Shown here: positions 1 through 9,652 of the stretch, in pieces
Position numbering within the stretch: the first letter of the stretch is position 1
Layout: every line of letters starts with the position of its first letter
DNA from: a virus
IMG/VR virus record: IMGVR_UViG_3300027782_000044
Span: 52,501-116,500 of that record
DNA: 64,000 nucleotides
Reading direction: 5' to 3' (one strand)
Notes under the pieces: model-generated
Seen by the model: the letters and a program-made list of their open reading frames with translations, nothing else
The model's database searches: none
Told to the model about the DNA's origin: nothing
Position numbers and translations under genes: made by a program

Positions 1-861
1 ACTTGATGTTGTGGCTTCTGATGTTCCATTAGCATTTGTTGCTGTTACGCTAAAAGTATAAGCTGTTGCTGAGCTAAGACTTTGAATGGTTATTGGGGAA
101 GCTCCAGAACCAGTAAGAGCGCCAGATGTGGCAGTATAAGAGGTAATTGCAGAACCACCAGTAGCGCCGCCAGTTGCTGTAATGGTTACTGCACCATTAT
201 TATATGCTCGACCAATTCCTACGTCTGCTACTGTTACAGTTGGTGCTTGAGGAACTGTAGTTGCCGTAACTGAACTTGATGTTGTGGCTGCTGATATTCC
301 ATTAGCATTTGTTGCTGTTACGCTAAAAGTATAAGCTGTTGCTGATGCAAGGCCTCCAATAGTTAATGGAAGTAATCCCGAACCACTAAGAGCTCCAGAT
401 GTAACAGTGTAAGCGGTAATTGCAGAACCACCAGTGGCGCCACCTGTTGATGCTAAAGTTATTGCACCATCATTATATGCTCGTCCTGTTCCTACATTTG
501 TTGCTGTTATTGTTGGTGCTTGAGGAACTGTAGTAACGGTAATAGCTCCAGTTGCTGCTGAAACAATTGAGGTTCCTGCTGCATTTGATGCTGTCATGCT
601 AAATGTTGGAGTTGCTCCAGAAGCAATTCCTTCAACAGTAATTGGTGAAGAAGATCCTGTTCCTGTTTGGCCAGTACTTGCTGTTACTGTAAAAGATGTT
701 GCTGCAGGGGATGCTGCTGGTAAAGTAAAGGTTATTGTCACCGCTCCATTATTAAATGGTCGAGATGTTCCAACGTTTGAAGCTCCAGTAATTGTTGGTT
801 GGCTTGGCTCTAAGAAATTATCTTGAGCCGATGATTTTATACCTCTTCTTTTACTTGCCAT
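1..861 (-). CDS. Fibronectin type III repeat virion/adhesin protein (runs off the window, 3' partial)
   Basis: Not in the ORF track. ATG at 861 (MASKRRGIKSSAQDNFLEP...), open to the window edge, with three Fn3-like repeats (TVPQAPT...GGATGGSAITAY...YTFSVTATNANG). Confidence 0.8.
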   Translation of the reverse strand, partial: MASKRRGIKSSAQDNFLEPSQPTITGASNVGTSRPFNNGAVTITFTLPAASPAATSFTVTASTGQTGTGSSSPITVEGIASGATPTFSMTASNAAGTSIVSAATGAITVTTVPQAPTITATNVGTGRAYNDGAITLASTGGATGGSAITAYTVTSGALSGSGLLPLTIGGLASATAYTFSVTATNANGISAATTSSSVTATTVPQAPTVTVADVGIGRAYNNGAVTITATGGATGGSAITSYTATSGALTGSGASPITIQSLSSATAYTFSVTATNANGTSEATTSS

Positions 862-888
862 TCATTTAACCCCTATCCATTTATTTTA

Positions 889-3800
889 TTATGCGCTTAG
901 ATCTCCAGCAAGTAACCATGTGTCTGTTGCGACCTTAGTTAATGTTGCTGATGAGTATGTTGTTCTTAATTTTAAACCTGGTGTACGAAGAATTGTGACT
1001 CCTACTGCTTCAACAAAGTTTGCACCTGTTCCAGCTGATTGATAGAAATCAATTGATGTTCCAATTGGGAAAGCTAATGTTGCATTTGTTGGCACTGTCA
1101 CTGCAAATGTTCCTGAAATTGGAATTAACTGATCTCTTAATGTAAGACCATGAGTTGGACCTGAAACTCCACCTGTTCCTAGGTTATATGCTGCTCCAAT
1201 TGTTGTTCCAATTGTTGTAAGTGATGGTACGCCAGCTTTTGTTTGTGTTCCATCTGTAAATGCTACGCCTGCTGCTGCAACTGTTACTGTACCAGTAAAT
1301 GTTGGTGAAGCAAGTGGAGCTTTTAGGCCAATGCTATTTGTAATTGTTGTTGAGAATGATGCATCATTTCCAAGAGCAGTTGCCAACTCATTAAGAGTAT
1401 TAAGAGCTGCTGGTGCTGATGCTACAAGATCTGACACTGCTGTTCCTACAAATGCTGTAGTTGCAACTTGTGTAGTATTTGTTCCAGCTGTTGCTGTTGG
1501 GGCTGTTGGAACACCTGTAAGTGCTGGTGAGGAAAGCGGTGCTTTCAAATCAAGTGCGGATGTTAGCCCTGAAATTTTAGATTGTGCAATTGCGGCTGAG
1601 GCGCTTATGTCTCCATCTACAATTGTTAAATCTGCAATCTTTGCTGAAGTAACTGCAGAATCTGCAATTTTTGCAGTTGATACAGCTACGTCTGCAATAT
1701 CTGCTGTTGCAACTGCTCCGTCAGCAATCATTCCAGTAGTAATTGTTCCAGTAGGAAGAGTTACTGTACCAGTAAATGTTGGTGATGCTAGTGGGGCATA
1801 TGTTGAGGCTGCAGTTGCTGAAGATAACTTAGTATCAATCTGAGTTTGAATGGCTGATGTTACTCCATTTACATATCCAAGTTCTGTTGCATCAACTGTT
1901 GAAGAGATTGCTAACTTAGTCCAATCAATTGCTGCTGTGGCATTTATATCAGAGTTAACAATTGTGCCTGCAACAATTTTTGCAGAAGTAATTGAATCGT
2001 CTGCAATTTTAGCAGTAGTTATTGCTGCATCTGCAATTTTTGCAGTTGATACAGCTACGTCTGCAATATCTGCTGTTGCAACTGCTCCGTCAGCAATCAT
2101 TCCAGTAGTAATTGTTCCAGTAGGAAGAGTTACTGTACCAGTAAATGTTGGTGAGGCTAATGGTGCTTTAAGATCAAGCGCTGTCTGAGTAGCAGTTGAT
2201 ATTGGCTTAGCTGCGTCTGAAGTATCGTCAGCATTTGTTAATCCTACCATTGCTTTAGTAACACCAGATACTGTACCAGTAAATGTTGGTGATGCAATTG
2301 GTGCTTTGAGGTCAAGTGCTGTCTGAGTAGCAGTTGATATTGGCTTTCCCAAATCTGATGTATTATTAACATTTGATAAGCCAACATCTGACTTTACAAT
2401 TCCAGTTGGTGTAGTAATTGATGGAGATGTAAGTGTTTTGTTAGTTAATGTTTGTGTACCAGATAGCGTTGCTACTGTTGAATCAATATCAATTGTAATT
2501 GTATTTGCTACATCATCATATACTTTATCTAAACCATTTCCAGCAATTATTGCTGTATTAACAGCATCTTGAGCCAGCTCTGTTATAGCAGAAGAATCTG
2601 CTTTTAGGTCAAGCGCTGTCTGAGTAGCAGTTGATATTGGCTTAGCTGCGTCTGAAGTGTTATCTACAGATCCAAGACCAACCATTGCTTTAGTAACACC
2701 AGATACTGTACCAGTAAATGTTGGTGATGCAATTGGTGCTTTAGAGTCAATTTGAGTTTGAATAGCTGAAGTAACTCCATTTACATATCCAAGTTCTGTT
2801 GAATCAACTAAACCTATTGATGTTGTCGAAGGCAGTGTAACTGTACCAGTAAATGTTGGTGCTGCTAATGGTGCCTTAAGATCAAGCGCTGTCTGAGTAT
2901 CAGTTGATATTGGCTTAGCTGCGTCTGAAGTGTTATCTACAGATCCAAGACCAACGTCTGCTTTAACTAAGCCAGATGGAGAGGTAATTGTTTTATTTGT
3001 AAGAGTTTGAGTTTCAGTTGTTCCAACAACTACTCCTGGAAGGCTTTTGCCTAAAACAGTAGTTAATGTCAGGATATCAATATTATTTATTTTAACTGTT
3101 TTATCAGCAGGAAGATTAATGTTTTCTGAAAAATCCCATGCCGATTTTGCAACACTATATTTAATTGACTTATCTGTTGTTCCCTTTAATATAATTCCAC
3201 CAGTATCTGCTCCTGCATCAGTTGGACTTGATGTTTGTCCTAAAACAATATCCTTGTCTTGAACAGTAAGGGTTGTTGAGTTAATTGTTGATGTCGTTCC
3301 ATTTACTGTCAAGTTGCCAGAAAGTGTTAGATTAACTGCAGTTGCATCTCCAGTAATTGCTGGTGAATTTAGTGGAGCTTTTAAGTCTAAAGCTACAAGA
3401 GTAGCATTTGATACTGGCTTCAAGGCATCTGATGTATTATCTACATTTGAAAGTCCTACTGAAGATTTTGTAAGTGCTGATACTGCAGTTGATATTTTAG
3501 TGTCTGCTGCAGTTCCAGATGAGGCAATTGCTTCTGATTTAGCAGTAGCTACGTTTGCTGTAGTTGCTAGTAGTGAAGTATTTGCAATTCCGTGAATATT
3601 AGTAGTATCTAATTCGTGTGTTGAAAGTGCTGATGCTGCTGCGGCAATTGCTGCATCTTGAGCTGTATTAGCTTTTGCAGTTGCATCAGTTCCCGCTGCT
3701 GTAATGGCTTCTGATTTAGCAGTAGCTACATTTGTTGTAGTTGCAAGAGCGGCTGTATCTGCAATACCGTGTACGCCAGTTGTATCAGATTCGTGAGTTG

Positions 3801-4248
3801 CGATTGCAGCAGAAATAGCTGCTGTTGCTGATATTTCCCGCCAGTTACCATTTGTACTTGCAGGGGAAGAAGCAAGTACATATGTTGTGCCGTTGTCTGA
3901 CTGAATTGCAATATCTCCAGGTTCTGCTGTTAAAGCCAAACGTGCAGCTTGGTTAGCTGCTGAAGAAACTGTTACTTTAGCAAGTGGGGGTAGCTGTGCT
4001 GAAGGAATAAATCCTGATGAGTCTAATGAGGCAACTCCATTTGCAACACCTTTAGTGCTTAAAAGAATATAATCGTCTACCGTTTGTGAGAGAGCATAAC
4101 TTAATGAATTCCAAGGGGTGCTTCCATCTCCAAATTTAAATGTGTTGGTATCTGTTTCAATACCAATTTCTCCTGCTGCTAGTGTTGGGTTGGCGGCATC
4201 CCATTGATCTGCTTCGCCTCTTCTTAATTGTAATCTAACTGTTGCCAT
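889..4248 (-). CDS. Long tail fibre/receptor-binding protein with Mtd-N/hyaluronidase-N-like N-terminus
   Basis: N-terminus LQLRRGEADQW..NPTLAAGEIGIETDT..FKFGDG; repeated KAPLASPTFTGTV and VGLGxVDNTSDAAKPISTATQTALDLK fibre motifs; APAALNTLNELATALGND motif. Confidence 0.85.
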   Translation of the reverse strand: MATVRLQLRRGEADQWDAANPTLAAGEIGIETDTNTFKFGDGSTPWNSLSYALSQTVDDYILLSTKGVANGVASLDSSGFIPSAQLPPLAKVTVSSAANQAARLALTAEPGDIAIQSDNGTTYVLASSPASTNGNWREISATAAISAAIATHESDTTGVHGIADTAALATTTNVATAKSEAITAAGTDATAKANTAQDAAIAAAASALSTHELDTTNIHGIANTSLLATTANVATAKSEAIASSGTAADTKISTAVSALTKSSVGLSNVDNTSDALKPVSNATLVALDLKAPLNSPAITGDATAVNLTLSGNLTVNGTTSTINSTTLTVQDKDIVLGQTSSPTDAGADTGGIILKGTTDKSIKYSVAKSAWDFSENINLPADKTVKINNIDILTLTTVLGKSLPGVVVGTTETQTLTNKTITSPSGLVKADVGLGSVDNTSDAAKPISTDTQTALDLKAPLAAPTFTGTVTLPSTTSIGLVDSTELGYVNGVTSAIQTQIDSKAPIASPTFTGTVSGVTKAMVGLGSVDNTSDAAKPISTATQTALDLKADSSAITELAQDAVNTAIIAGNGLDKVYDDVANTITIDIDSTVATLSGTQTLTNKTLTSPSITTPTGIVKSDVGLSNVNNTSDLGKPISTATQTALDLKAPIASPTFTGTVSGVTKAMVGLTNADDTSDAAKPISTATQTALDLKAPLASPTFTGTVTLPTGTITTGMIADGAVATADIADVAVSTAKIADAAITTAKIADDSITSAKIVAGTIVNSDINATAAIDWTKLAISSTVDATELGYVNGVTSAIQTQIDTKLSSATAASTYAPLASPTFTGTVTLPTGTITTGMIADGAVATADIADVAVSTAKIADSAVTSAKIADLTIVDGDISASAAIAQSKISGLTSALDLKAPLSSPALTGVPTAPTATAGTNTTQVATTAFVGTAVSDLVASAPAALNTLNELATALGNDASFSTTITNSIGLKAPLASPTFTGTVTVAAAGVAFTDGTQTKAGVPSLTTIGTTIGAAYNLGTGGVSGPTHGLTLRDQLIPISGTFAVTVPTNATLAFPIGTSIDFYQSAGTGANFVEAVGVTILRTPGLKLRTTYSSATLTKVATDTWLLAGDLSA
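1660..2955. repeat. Near-exact intragenic duplications in the fibre gene
   Basis: An approximately 125 bp block at ~1660-1785 recurs at ~2029-2154; 50-75 bp blocks recur at ~2170, ~2608, ~2880 and at ~2245, ~2682. Confidence 0.85.
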
Positions 4249-4301
4249 TTTGTTACCCCTTATATATTTTATTTATACTGCTTATTGTATCATTTATTGC
4301 T

Positions 4302-4667
4302 TTAAGATATGACTCCAGAGTCAAAAACCATAGAAACGTCGGCATCTGTAGAAGATGGAGACCCACCATCTACAAACTTGCTTGTTCCAGCAGGGTTTAC
4401 TCCATTTGCTTGAACTGTATAGATTGGTTGACCATTATAATCAATAGCTAAGCCAATATCCATAAAACTAACCTGTGAAGCTATGTCTGGAATCTCTGAA
4501 TTAAGTGCAATTGGAACCCAAGTTCCATTTATCTGAAGTTGCAACTTATTTGTTACTGTATCAAATCTAAGGGGTGTTTCGCCTAAAATGACATTAGACC
4601 CAAATGTGGCAGTGCCTGCTACATTGAGTCCGTTCTTTACTTTAAAATTCTTATTTTCTGTTGCCAT
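4302..4667 (-). CDS. Virion accessory/fibre-associated protein
   Basis: N-terminus NKNFKVKNGL is shared with the next ORF; C-terminal DGG motif; lies in the structural cluster. Confidence 0.65.
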   Translation of the reverse strand: MATENKNFKVKNGLNVAGTATFGSNVILGETPLRFDTVTNKLQLQINGTWVPIALNSEIPDIASQVSFMDIGLAIDYNGQPIYTVQANGVNPAGTSKFVDGGSPSSTDADVSMVFDSGVIS

Positions 4668-4736
4668 TTAAGTTCACATATCCCCTAAGTGTTTTGGTGG
4701 GGTTTTTAAAAGGAACCCCATAACCTTGTTATTTAA

Positions 4737-6227
4737 TTATTTAATAAGTGTTGCTACTACGGTTACTGTTGTATTTGCATAAACAGTATTTACTTCTATT
4801 CCAATGTTTCCCGCCACATATGAGGCAGTAATTGTTCCAAGGGAACCATTTGTGCCAGTCTCAGCAAAATCAGTAATTGCTATGTTATTTGATGAGTCTG
4901 TAGTTAGTAGAATTTCTGAAATTTGTGAATGTGTTGCTGTTGCAAACTTTACCCACAATTTAGCTGTTGGATAGTCTGACTTAGCCCATGACATTACAGA
5001 AGAGCCTGTTGCTATTGAAGCAAGAACTGCCTGGGCTGCCCGCTGTGAAACTAGGTCATTTACGTTTACTGCTGTAAACTTTGTAGTACCATTCTTTACT
5101 GCAGTAAGTGCTGATGCTGCTGTAGCCTCTGCTGCTGCCTGAGCTGCGTTAGCTTTTGTAGTAGCATCTGTTGCTGCTGCTGTAGTTGCTGCTGACTGAG
5201 CTGCATTAGCTTTTGTAGTAGCATCTGTTGCTGCTGCTGTAGTTGCTGCTGACTGAGCTGCATTAGCTTTTGTAGTAGCATCTGCTGCTGCTGTGGCTTC
5301 TGCTGCTGCTTGAGATGCATCTGCTTCTGCTTTTGCAAATGCTGTAGTTGCAATCTGAGTTGTGTCAGTGTTTGCTGCTGCAGTAGGTGCTGTTGGCACA
5401 CCAGTAAGTGCTGGTGAAGCAAGAGGGGCCTTTGTTCCCAAGGCTGTGGTAATAGTTGTTGTGTAATTGGCATCATCATTAATTGCTGCTGCTAATTCAT
5501 TTAATGTATTAAGAAGTGATGGTGCTCCGTCAACAAGGTTGTCTACTGCAGTTGAAATTGCTGTATTTCGGTTTGAAACTTCTGTTGAAATTGCAGAGGT
5601 TAATGCTGAGTTTGCTGCTGTTGCTGCTGCTGAAATTGCTGCTGCCTGGGCTGCGTTAGCTTTTGTAGTAGCATCTGCTGCTGCTGTGGCCTCTGCTGCT
5701 GCCTGGGCTGCGTTAGCCTTTGTAGTAGCATCTGTTGCTGCTGCAGTCTGTGCTGCTGAAGCTGCACCGTATGCATCATAAGTATTTGCAGTTACAGATA
5801 TTGCACCTGTTGCATCATTGTATGAAAGACCAGTACCTAAAGAATTACCTATAGCATCTTGAGCTCTTTCATCTGTGTAATATTTATTTGTTGATCCTTC
5901 TGAGATCTCGTCTGAACTATGTCCTGAAAGGCTTGATACTGTTCCAGCTTGACCGCTTACGTTACCAGTTACATCACCAGTTACGTTACCAGTAAGGTTA
6001 CCCGTAAATGTTGCAGTAATTGTTCCTGCAGCAAAATTTCCGTTGGCATCTCTTTTTACAACAGTATTAGCTGTATTGGCTGAGGTTGCTGTACCACCAA
6101 TAATACTAACAATGTAGTCTTGGTCCGCTTGTGCCTTTGTTAATACATCAAAACCATTAACGGTGGCTGAACCACCTTCAACGATAAGACCATTTTTAAC
6201 TCTAAAATTCTTATTTACTGTTGCCAT
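4737..6227 (-). CDS. Tail fibre-like protein with Ala-rich repeats
   Basis: ATSANTANTVVKRDANGNF, SEGSTNKYYTDERA, repeated DATTKANAAQ and LNTLNELAAAINDD motifs. Confidence 0.8.
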   Translation of the reverse strand: MATVNKNFRVKNGLIVEGGSATVNGFDVLTKAQADQDYIVSIIGGTATSANTANTVVKRDANGNFAAGTITATFTGNLTGNVTGDVTGNVSGQAGTVSSLSGHSSDEISEGSTNKYYTDERAQDAIGNSLGTGLSYNDATGAISVTANTYDAYGAASAAQTAAATDATTKANAAQAAAEATAAADATTKANAAQAAAISAAATAANSALTSAISTEVSNRNTAISTAVDNLVDGAPSLLNTLNELAAAINDDANYTTTITTALGTKAPLASPALTGVPTAPTAAANTDTTQIATTAFAKAEADASQAAAEATAAADATTKANAAQSAATTAAATDATTKANAAQSAATTAAATDATTKANAAQAAAEATAASALTAVKNGTTKFTAVNVNDLVSQRAAQAVLASIATGSSVMSWAKSDYPTAKLWVKFATATHSQISEILLTTDSSNNIAITDFAETGTNGSLGTITASYVAGNIGIEVNTVYANTTVTVVATLIK

Positions 6228-6253
6228 TGATATGACTCCCTTTTACTGCTTTT

Positions 6254-6805
6254 TTATGCTTTTAGTGCTGTTCTAAAATATCTTACTCTTATTGAGCCTG
6301 ATATCGGCGCAACACATAGACTTATTATACCGCTATTTTCTTCAAAAGTTATATTACCCAAAACATCATTTGTATTTGAAATAACATTAGATTCGGACAT
6401 GTAGACATTCGTTCCATCATTTAGAATCAGTACTGTTGAGCTTGTAGTTGAGTTTCCAGCCTGCTTATCAATCTGAATTTTATACTCAACTGTTTTGTAA
6501 ACATTTTTAGAAAACGAATCAATAGTTGTTTTGTTCTCTATACCGTTTATAGTTAAATCATTATTGCCATCTAGTCCTAAAATCTCTGAAGCATTTTCAG
6601 AATCTAGAATAGCAAGATTTTGTTCAAGTTGTGTAACTTTATAGTCTATTGAGTTTGTATCAGTTGACCCATTTACGCCAAGCTTGTTTTCAATTGCTTC
6701 AATTGCATCATTTACATTGCCATGCAGCGTTGCGTGGCCCTCCATTGATTCACTTGATGCGGGATTTGTAAGGTTATCTTTTGATGTAGGATAATTAGTC
6801 GCCAA
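6254..6805 (-). CDS. Virion accessory protein
   Basis: MATNYPTSKD...HGNVNDAIEAIENKLG, a common phage structural N-terminal motif. Confidence 0.65.
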   Translation of the reverse strand: MATNYPTSKDNLTNPASSESMEGHATLHGNVNDAIEAIENKLGVNGSTDTNSIDYKVTQLEQNLAILDSENASEILGLDGNNDLTINGIENKTTIDSFSKNVYKTVEYKIQIDKQAGNSTTSSTVLILNDGTNVYMSESNVISNTNDVLGNITFEENSGIISLCVAPISGSIRVRYFRTALKA

Positions 6806-7169
6806 TTTGGCCTCCGTCCAACAATGTTAACTGCGTGTAACTTGCATTTACATACGATGATGTTGGAGTACCACCGTCTATGCCTATTATAGCAGGACTT
6901 GTTTCTACAACTCCTGCGTTATTGTTAATATCAGAAAAATCAATTGTTTGTTGTAAATTAACTGTATGTACATTTCCATCATAAGAGTGAGTGTGCATAT
7001 AAAATGGAGCGGGATCAGTAGAACCAGGAGTTAAGTCAACCCAAATTGCACCATTGTATATCTTAATGTTTTTACTTGTAACATTAAAGTATACATCTCC
7101 AGATGAGCCAACAAGTGGATCTTCTGCAAGTGTAAGGAGATTGAGTAATGACTTAAACTTTTTGGCCAT
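6795..7169 (-). CDS. Virion accessory protein
   Basis: GDVYFN..IKIYNGAIW motif; structural operon context. Confidence 0.6.
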   Translation of the reverse strand: MAKKFKSLLNLLTLAEDPLVGSSGDVYFNVTSKNIKIYNGAIWVDLTPGSTDPAPFYMHTHSYDGNVHTVNLQQTIDFSDINNNAGVVETSPAIIGIDGGTPTSSYVNASYTQLTLLDGGQIGD

Positions 7170-7178
7170 TTTAAATCC

Positions 7179-8474
7179 TTATCCTATTACAACTACTCTA
7201 TATTCTCCAGCTGTTGGGGCAACTGCAAATCTAATAGTTACTACTGAATCTGATGTGTGCTCAACATCTGTTTCTATCTGTGCAAATGGAGAAGCAACTT
7301 CATAAATAGCAGTTACTACGTCTTTTGTTCCTAAATTATGAGTTATTGTATAAGATGTTGCGGATGTGCCAAGAGTAGTTTTATATTTTCTTGTTATTTC
7401 GTGGTAATTTGTGCCATCATTTGTTAATGTCCACTGATCTGATGTTTCATTCCACAAAATTTCTGTATCTGGAGATGTTCCTCGTTCAACACGAATTCCA
7501 GCATCAACTGTTGGAGCTCCAGCAAAATCTGTATTAAGATTAATCTTATTATCAACAATATTTACTTGAGTAGTGTTTACTGAGTTAATTGTTCCAGTTA
7601 CATTTAAGTTACCACCAACTGTTAAGTTATTAGCAATTGTTACGTCATCTGGGAGTCCAATTGTTACAGCTGCTGATTCTCCGCTATTTGGAGAAACGGT
7701 AACTTCATTGGCTGTGCCAACAATTGTGGCTACATAGTCTCCAGTTGTATCTGTTCCAAGAGCGACTGAGTTTGGCTGAATTGTGGTTGATATTGTTACA
7801 TCACCCAAATTGGTCATTGTTGCAGAACCAGTCACATCTCCTGAGAGTGTAATTACTGGATCTTTATTAAGCGATACCGCTCCTGCTGTTACTGTAAAAT
7901 CTGTTGAGCTAAATGAAGCAACACCCTTATTTGTATATGTTGCATCTTCTGCAGATACAGTAATAGTGTTATTTGTTACTGCTACATCTATTCCTTCCCC
8001 GCCAGCTACTGTAAGAGTATCTGTAAGAAGGTCTACGGTGTCGGTTCCAGTATCTCCAGCAACCGAAAGATTGGTTGCTACGTTTACTGTTCCTGCTGCA
8101 GTCAAACGACCTTGAGCGTCAACTGTAAATGTCGGAATTGCTGTGGTTGATCCATATGATCCAGCAGTTACAGCTGTATCATTAAGTTTTAATGTTGTTG
8201 TGCCTGCGGCATCATCATATGTTGCTGTTAATGCTGTACCAGCAAGTACGGATGCACCAATAACGTCTTGAATGACCTCTGTAGATCCAGACATTGCCAT
8301 CCATGGACCATTAGGTGAGGATAGTCCATTGTAGTAGTACATCGTTTGATTTGATGTATCATAATAAATTTGACCAGATACTGGATTTGATGGTGCTGCG
8401 CCTAAGTTTTGGATTCTAGCATTGAGCAACTCATTCTTGTTGAGATCAACGCTAACTAAAAATTTTCTTGCCAT
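7179..8474 (-). CDS. Tail fibre-like structural protein
   Basis: GQIYYDTS, AGSYGSTTAIPTFTVDAQGRLT, GIRVERG and THNLGT motifs. Confidence 0.75.
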   Translation of the reverse strand: MARKFLVSVDLNKNELLNARIQNLGAAPSNPVSGQIYYDTSNQTMYYYNGLSSPNGPWMAMSGSTEVIQDVIGASVLAGTALTATYDDAAGTTTLKLNDTAVTAGSYGSTTAIPTFTVDAQGRLTAAGTVNVATNLSVAGDTGTDTVDLLTDTLTVAGGEGIDVAVTNNTITVSAEDATYTNKGVASFSSTDFTVTAGAVSLNKDPVITLSGDVTGSATMTNLGDVTISTTIQPNSVALGTDTTGDYVATIVGTANEVTVSPNSGESAAVTIGLPDDVTIANNLTVGGNLNVTGTINSVNTTQVNIVDNKINLNTDFAGAPTVDAGIRVERGTSPDTEILWNETSDQWTLTNDGTNYHEITRKYKTTLGTSATSYTITHNLGTKDVVTAIYEVASPFAQIETDVEHTSDSVVTIRFAVAPTAGEYRVVVIG

Positions 8475-8485
8475 TTGCTATCTCC

Positions 8486-8926
8486 TTATGACAGGTATGC
8501 TGTCCCTGAAAATGGTTGAGCCATTGTCAGTGTTATTTGGTTAGTACTATTGTAATCTATTCCAGTTTCTAAAATATCTCCAGCACTAGATTTTACGGTA
8601 ACATTTGGTTGATACCCTAATCCATGGCTAATAGCAACAGAATATACTCCTAGAGTTGGCCCAGTAACCTGAGTAAGCTCCCATGAATAAGCTAATGTGT
8701 TATTTGTTAAAAATATTTTATTTGAACCAGACCATGTTAGATCTGAAACTTTTGGACCGTGAAATGCTGAAGAAACTGTATCGTAATAAAAATCTCCAGA
8801 AAGTCCTAAATTTGGTGAAGGATTTCCAGAGCCATTAAGAATGGTTCTTCCTCTAGGGCCTTGTGGACCTGGAGAGGATACGACAACTTTATTTATTTGC
8901 TCTCTAACAACTACGGAATCAACCAT
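8486..8926 (-). CDS. Minor tail protein with a short collagen-like stretch
   Basis: PGPQGPRG, GDFYYD and HGLGYQPNV motifs. Confidence 0.65.
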   Translation of the reverse strand: MVDSVVVREQINKVVVSSPGPQGPRGRTILNGSGNPSPNLGLSGDFYYDTVSSAFHGPKVSDLTWSGSNKIFLTNNTLAYSWELTQVTGPTLGVYSVAISHGLGYQPNVTVKSSAGDILETGIDYNSTNQITLTMAQPFSGTAYLS

Positions 8927-9273
8927 TATATAGTTACCGATCTATTTAGGGTGAGAAACCCTTCAAGGAGCTTGATCTTATTCGCATTAGAATCTACAAC
9001 CATAATGTCATATACTGATTTTGGATAAAAGAGTTTATTTGTTTGAGTTGGTGTAAGTGTTACAGTTACTTTTCCAAGTGTGCCGTTTATTACTATTCCG
9101 CCGCTTGGAGATGTTAAAGTTACTGCTAACTTTGTTCCACCTTTTACATCACGCACCTGCATTTTTGCAGATGCGCCAGTAAGATCAATCGCATTACCAT
9201 TATCGTCTTTATATTCTACTACAAAGCTAAATGTTGCATTCTGATCTACTTCAAAATTCTTTTGTCCTGCCAT
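8926..9273 (-). CDS. Baseplate/tail adaptor-like protein (BppU-like)
   Basis: IDLTGASAKMQVR...YDIMVVD..KLLEG pattern typical of phage tail proteins. Confidence 0.6.
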   Translation of the reverse strand: MAGQKNFEVDQNATFSFVVEYKDDNGNAIDLTGASAKMQVRDVKGGTKLAVTLTSPSGGIVINGTLGKVTVTLTPTQTNKLFYPKSVYDIMVVDSNANKIKLLEGFLTLNRSVTI

Positions 9274-9293
9274 TTGCCATAGTCTCCTAAATA

Positions 9294-9329
9294 GGAATAC
9301 TCCTGTACTAATTTTAGCACAGGAGTATT
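9294..9329 (-). terminator. Stem-loop overlapping an extended -10 promoter
   Basis: GAATACTCCTGT-N12-ACAGGAGTATTT inverted repeat; the loop reads TGCTAAAAT on the minus strand. Confidence 0.55.
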
Positions 9330-9346
9330 TCTAATCGACTATATTT

Positions 9347-9580
9347 TTACTTTTTTGTAAAACCGAACGATGCTTCGTTTGGGTTGAGTGCTTTTAAAAT
9401 TACGGGTGCTGTGGCAGCAAAACCGCCCATTAGTAGGTCTCTTGGACTAGTGTTGCCAGTCATGTATAGAGCAATTGCGGCTCCCAAGAAATGACGTCCG
9501 TAACTTGCCAGTGCTGCTAGAATTTTCTCTTGCATTGTAACCTTTCCATCTCCATTAAGATCTTCTTTAGCTTTTGCCAT
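9347..9580 (-). CDS. Small membrane protein, possible holin
   Basis: Two hydrophobic segments; DLNGDGKV N-terminus. Confidence 0.5.
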   Translation of the reverse strand: MAKAKEDLNGDGKVTMQEKILAALASYGRHFLGAAIALYMTGNTSPRDLLMGGFAATAPVILKALNPNEASFGFTKK

Positions 9581-9652
9581 TTTTGATCCTCCTTATTTCT
9601 AGGCGGGAAGCCTAGGAATTTTGAGCCTTAGCCCAATTCTATAATTGTACCA

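Noticed and set aside
889-4248. Diversity-generating retroelement target (Mtd-like N-terminus)
   Set aside because: No reverse transcriptase and no TR/VR pair with adenine-specific mismatches is visible; the internal repeats are essentially identical.
82-8115. Plus-strand and alternative-frame ORFs over the fibre genes (e.g. 1331..1843, 5096..5479, 5467..5781)
   Set aside because: Shadow ORFs produced by GCN/ACN-rich coding on the minus strand; they lack RBSs and have implausible composition.
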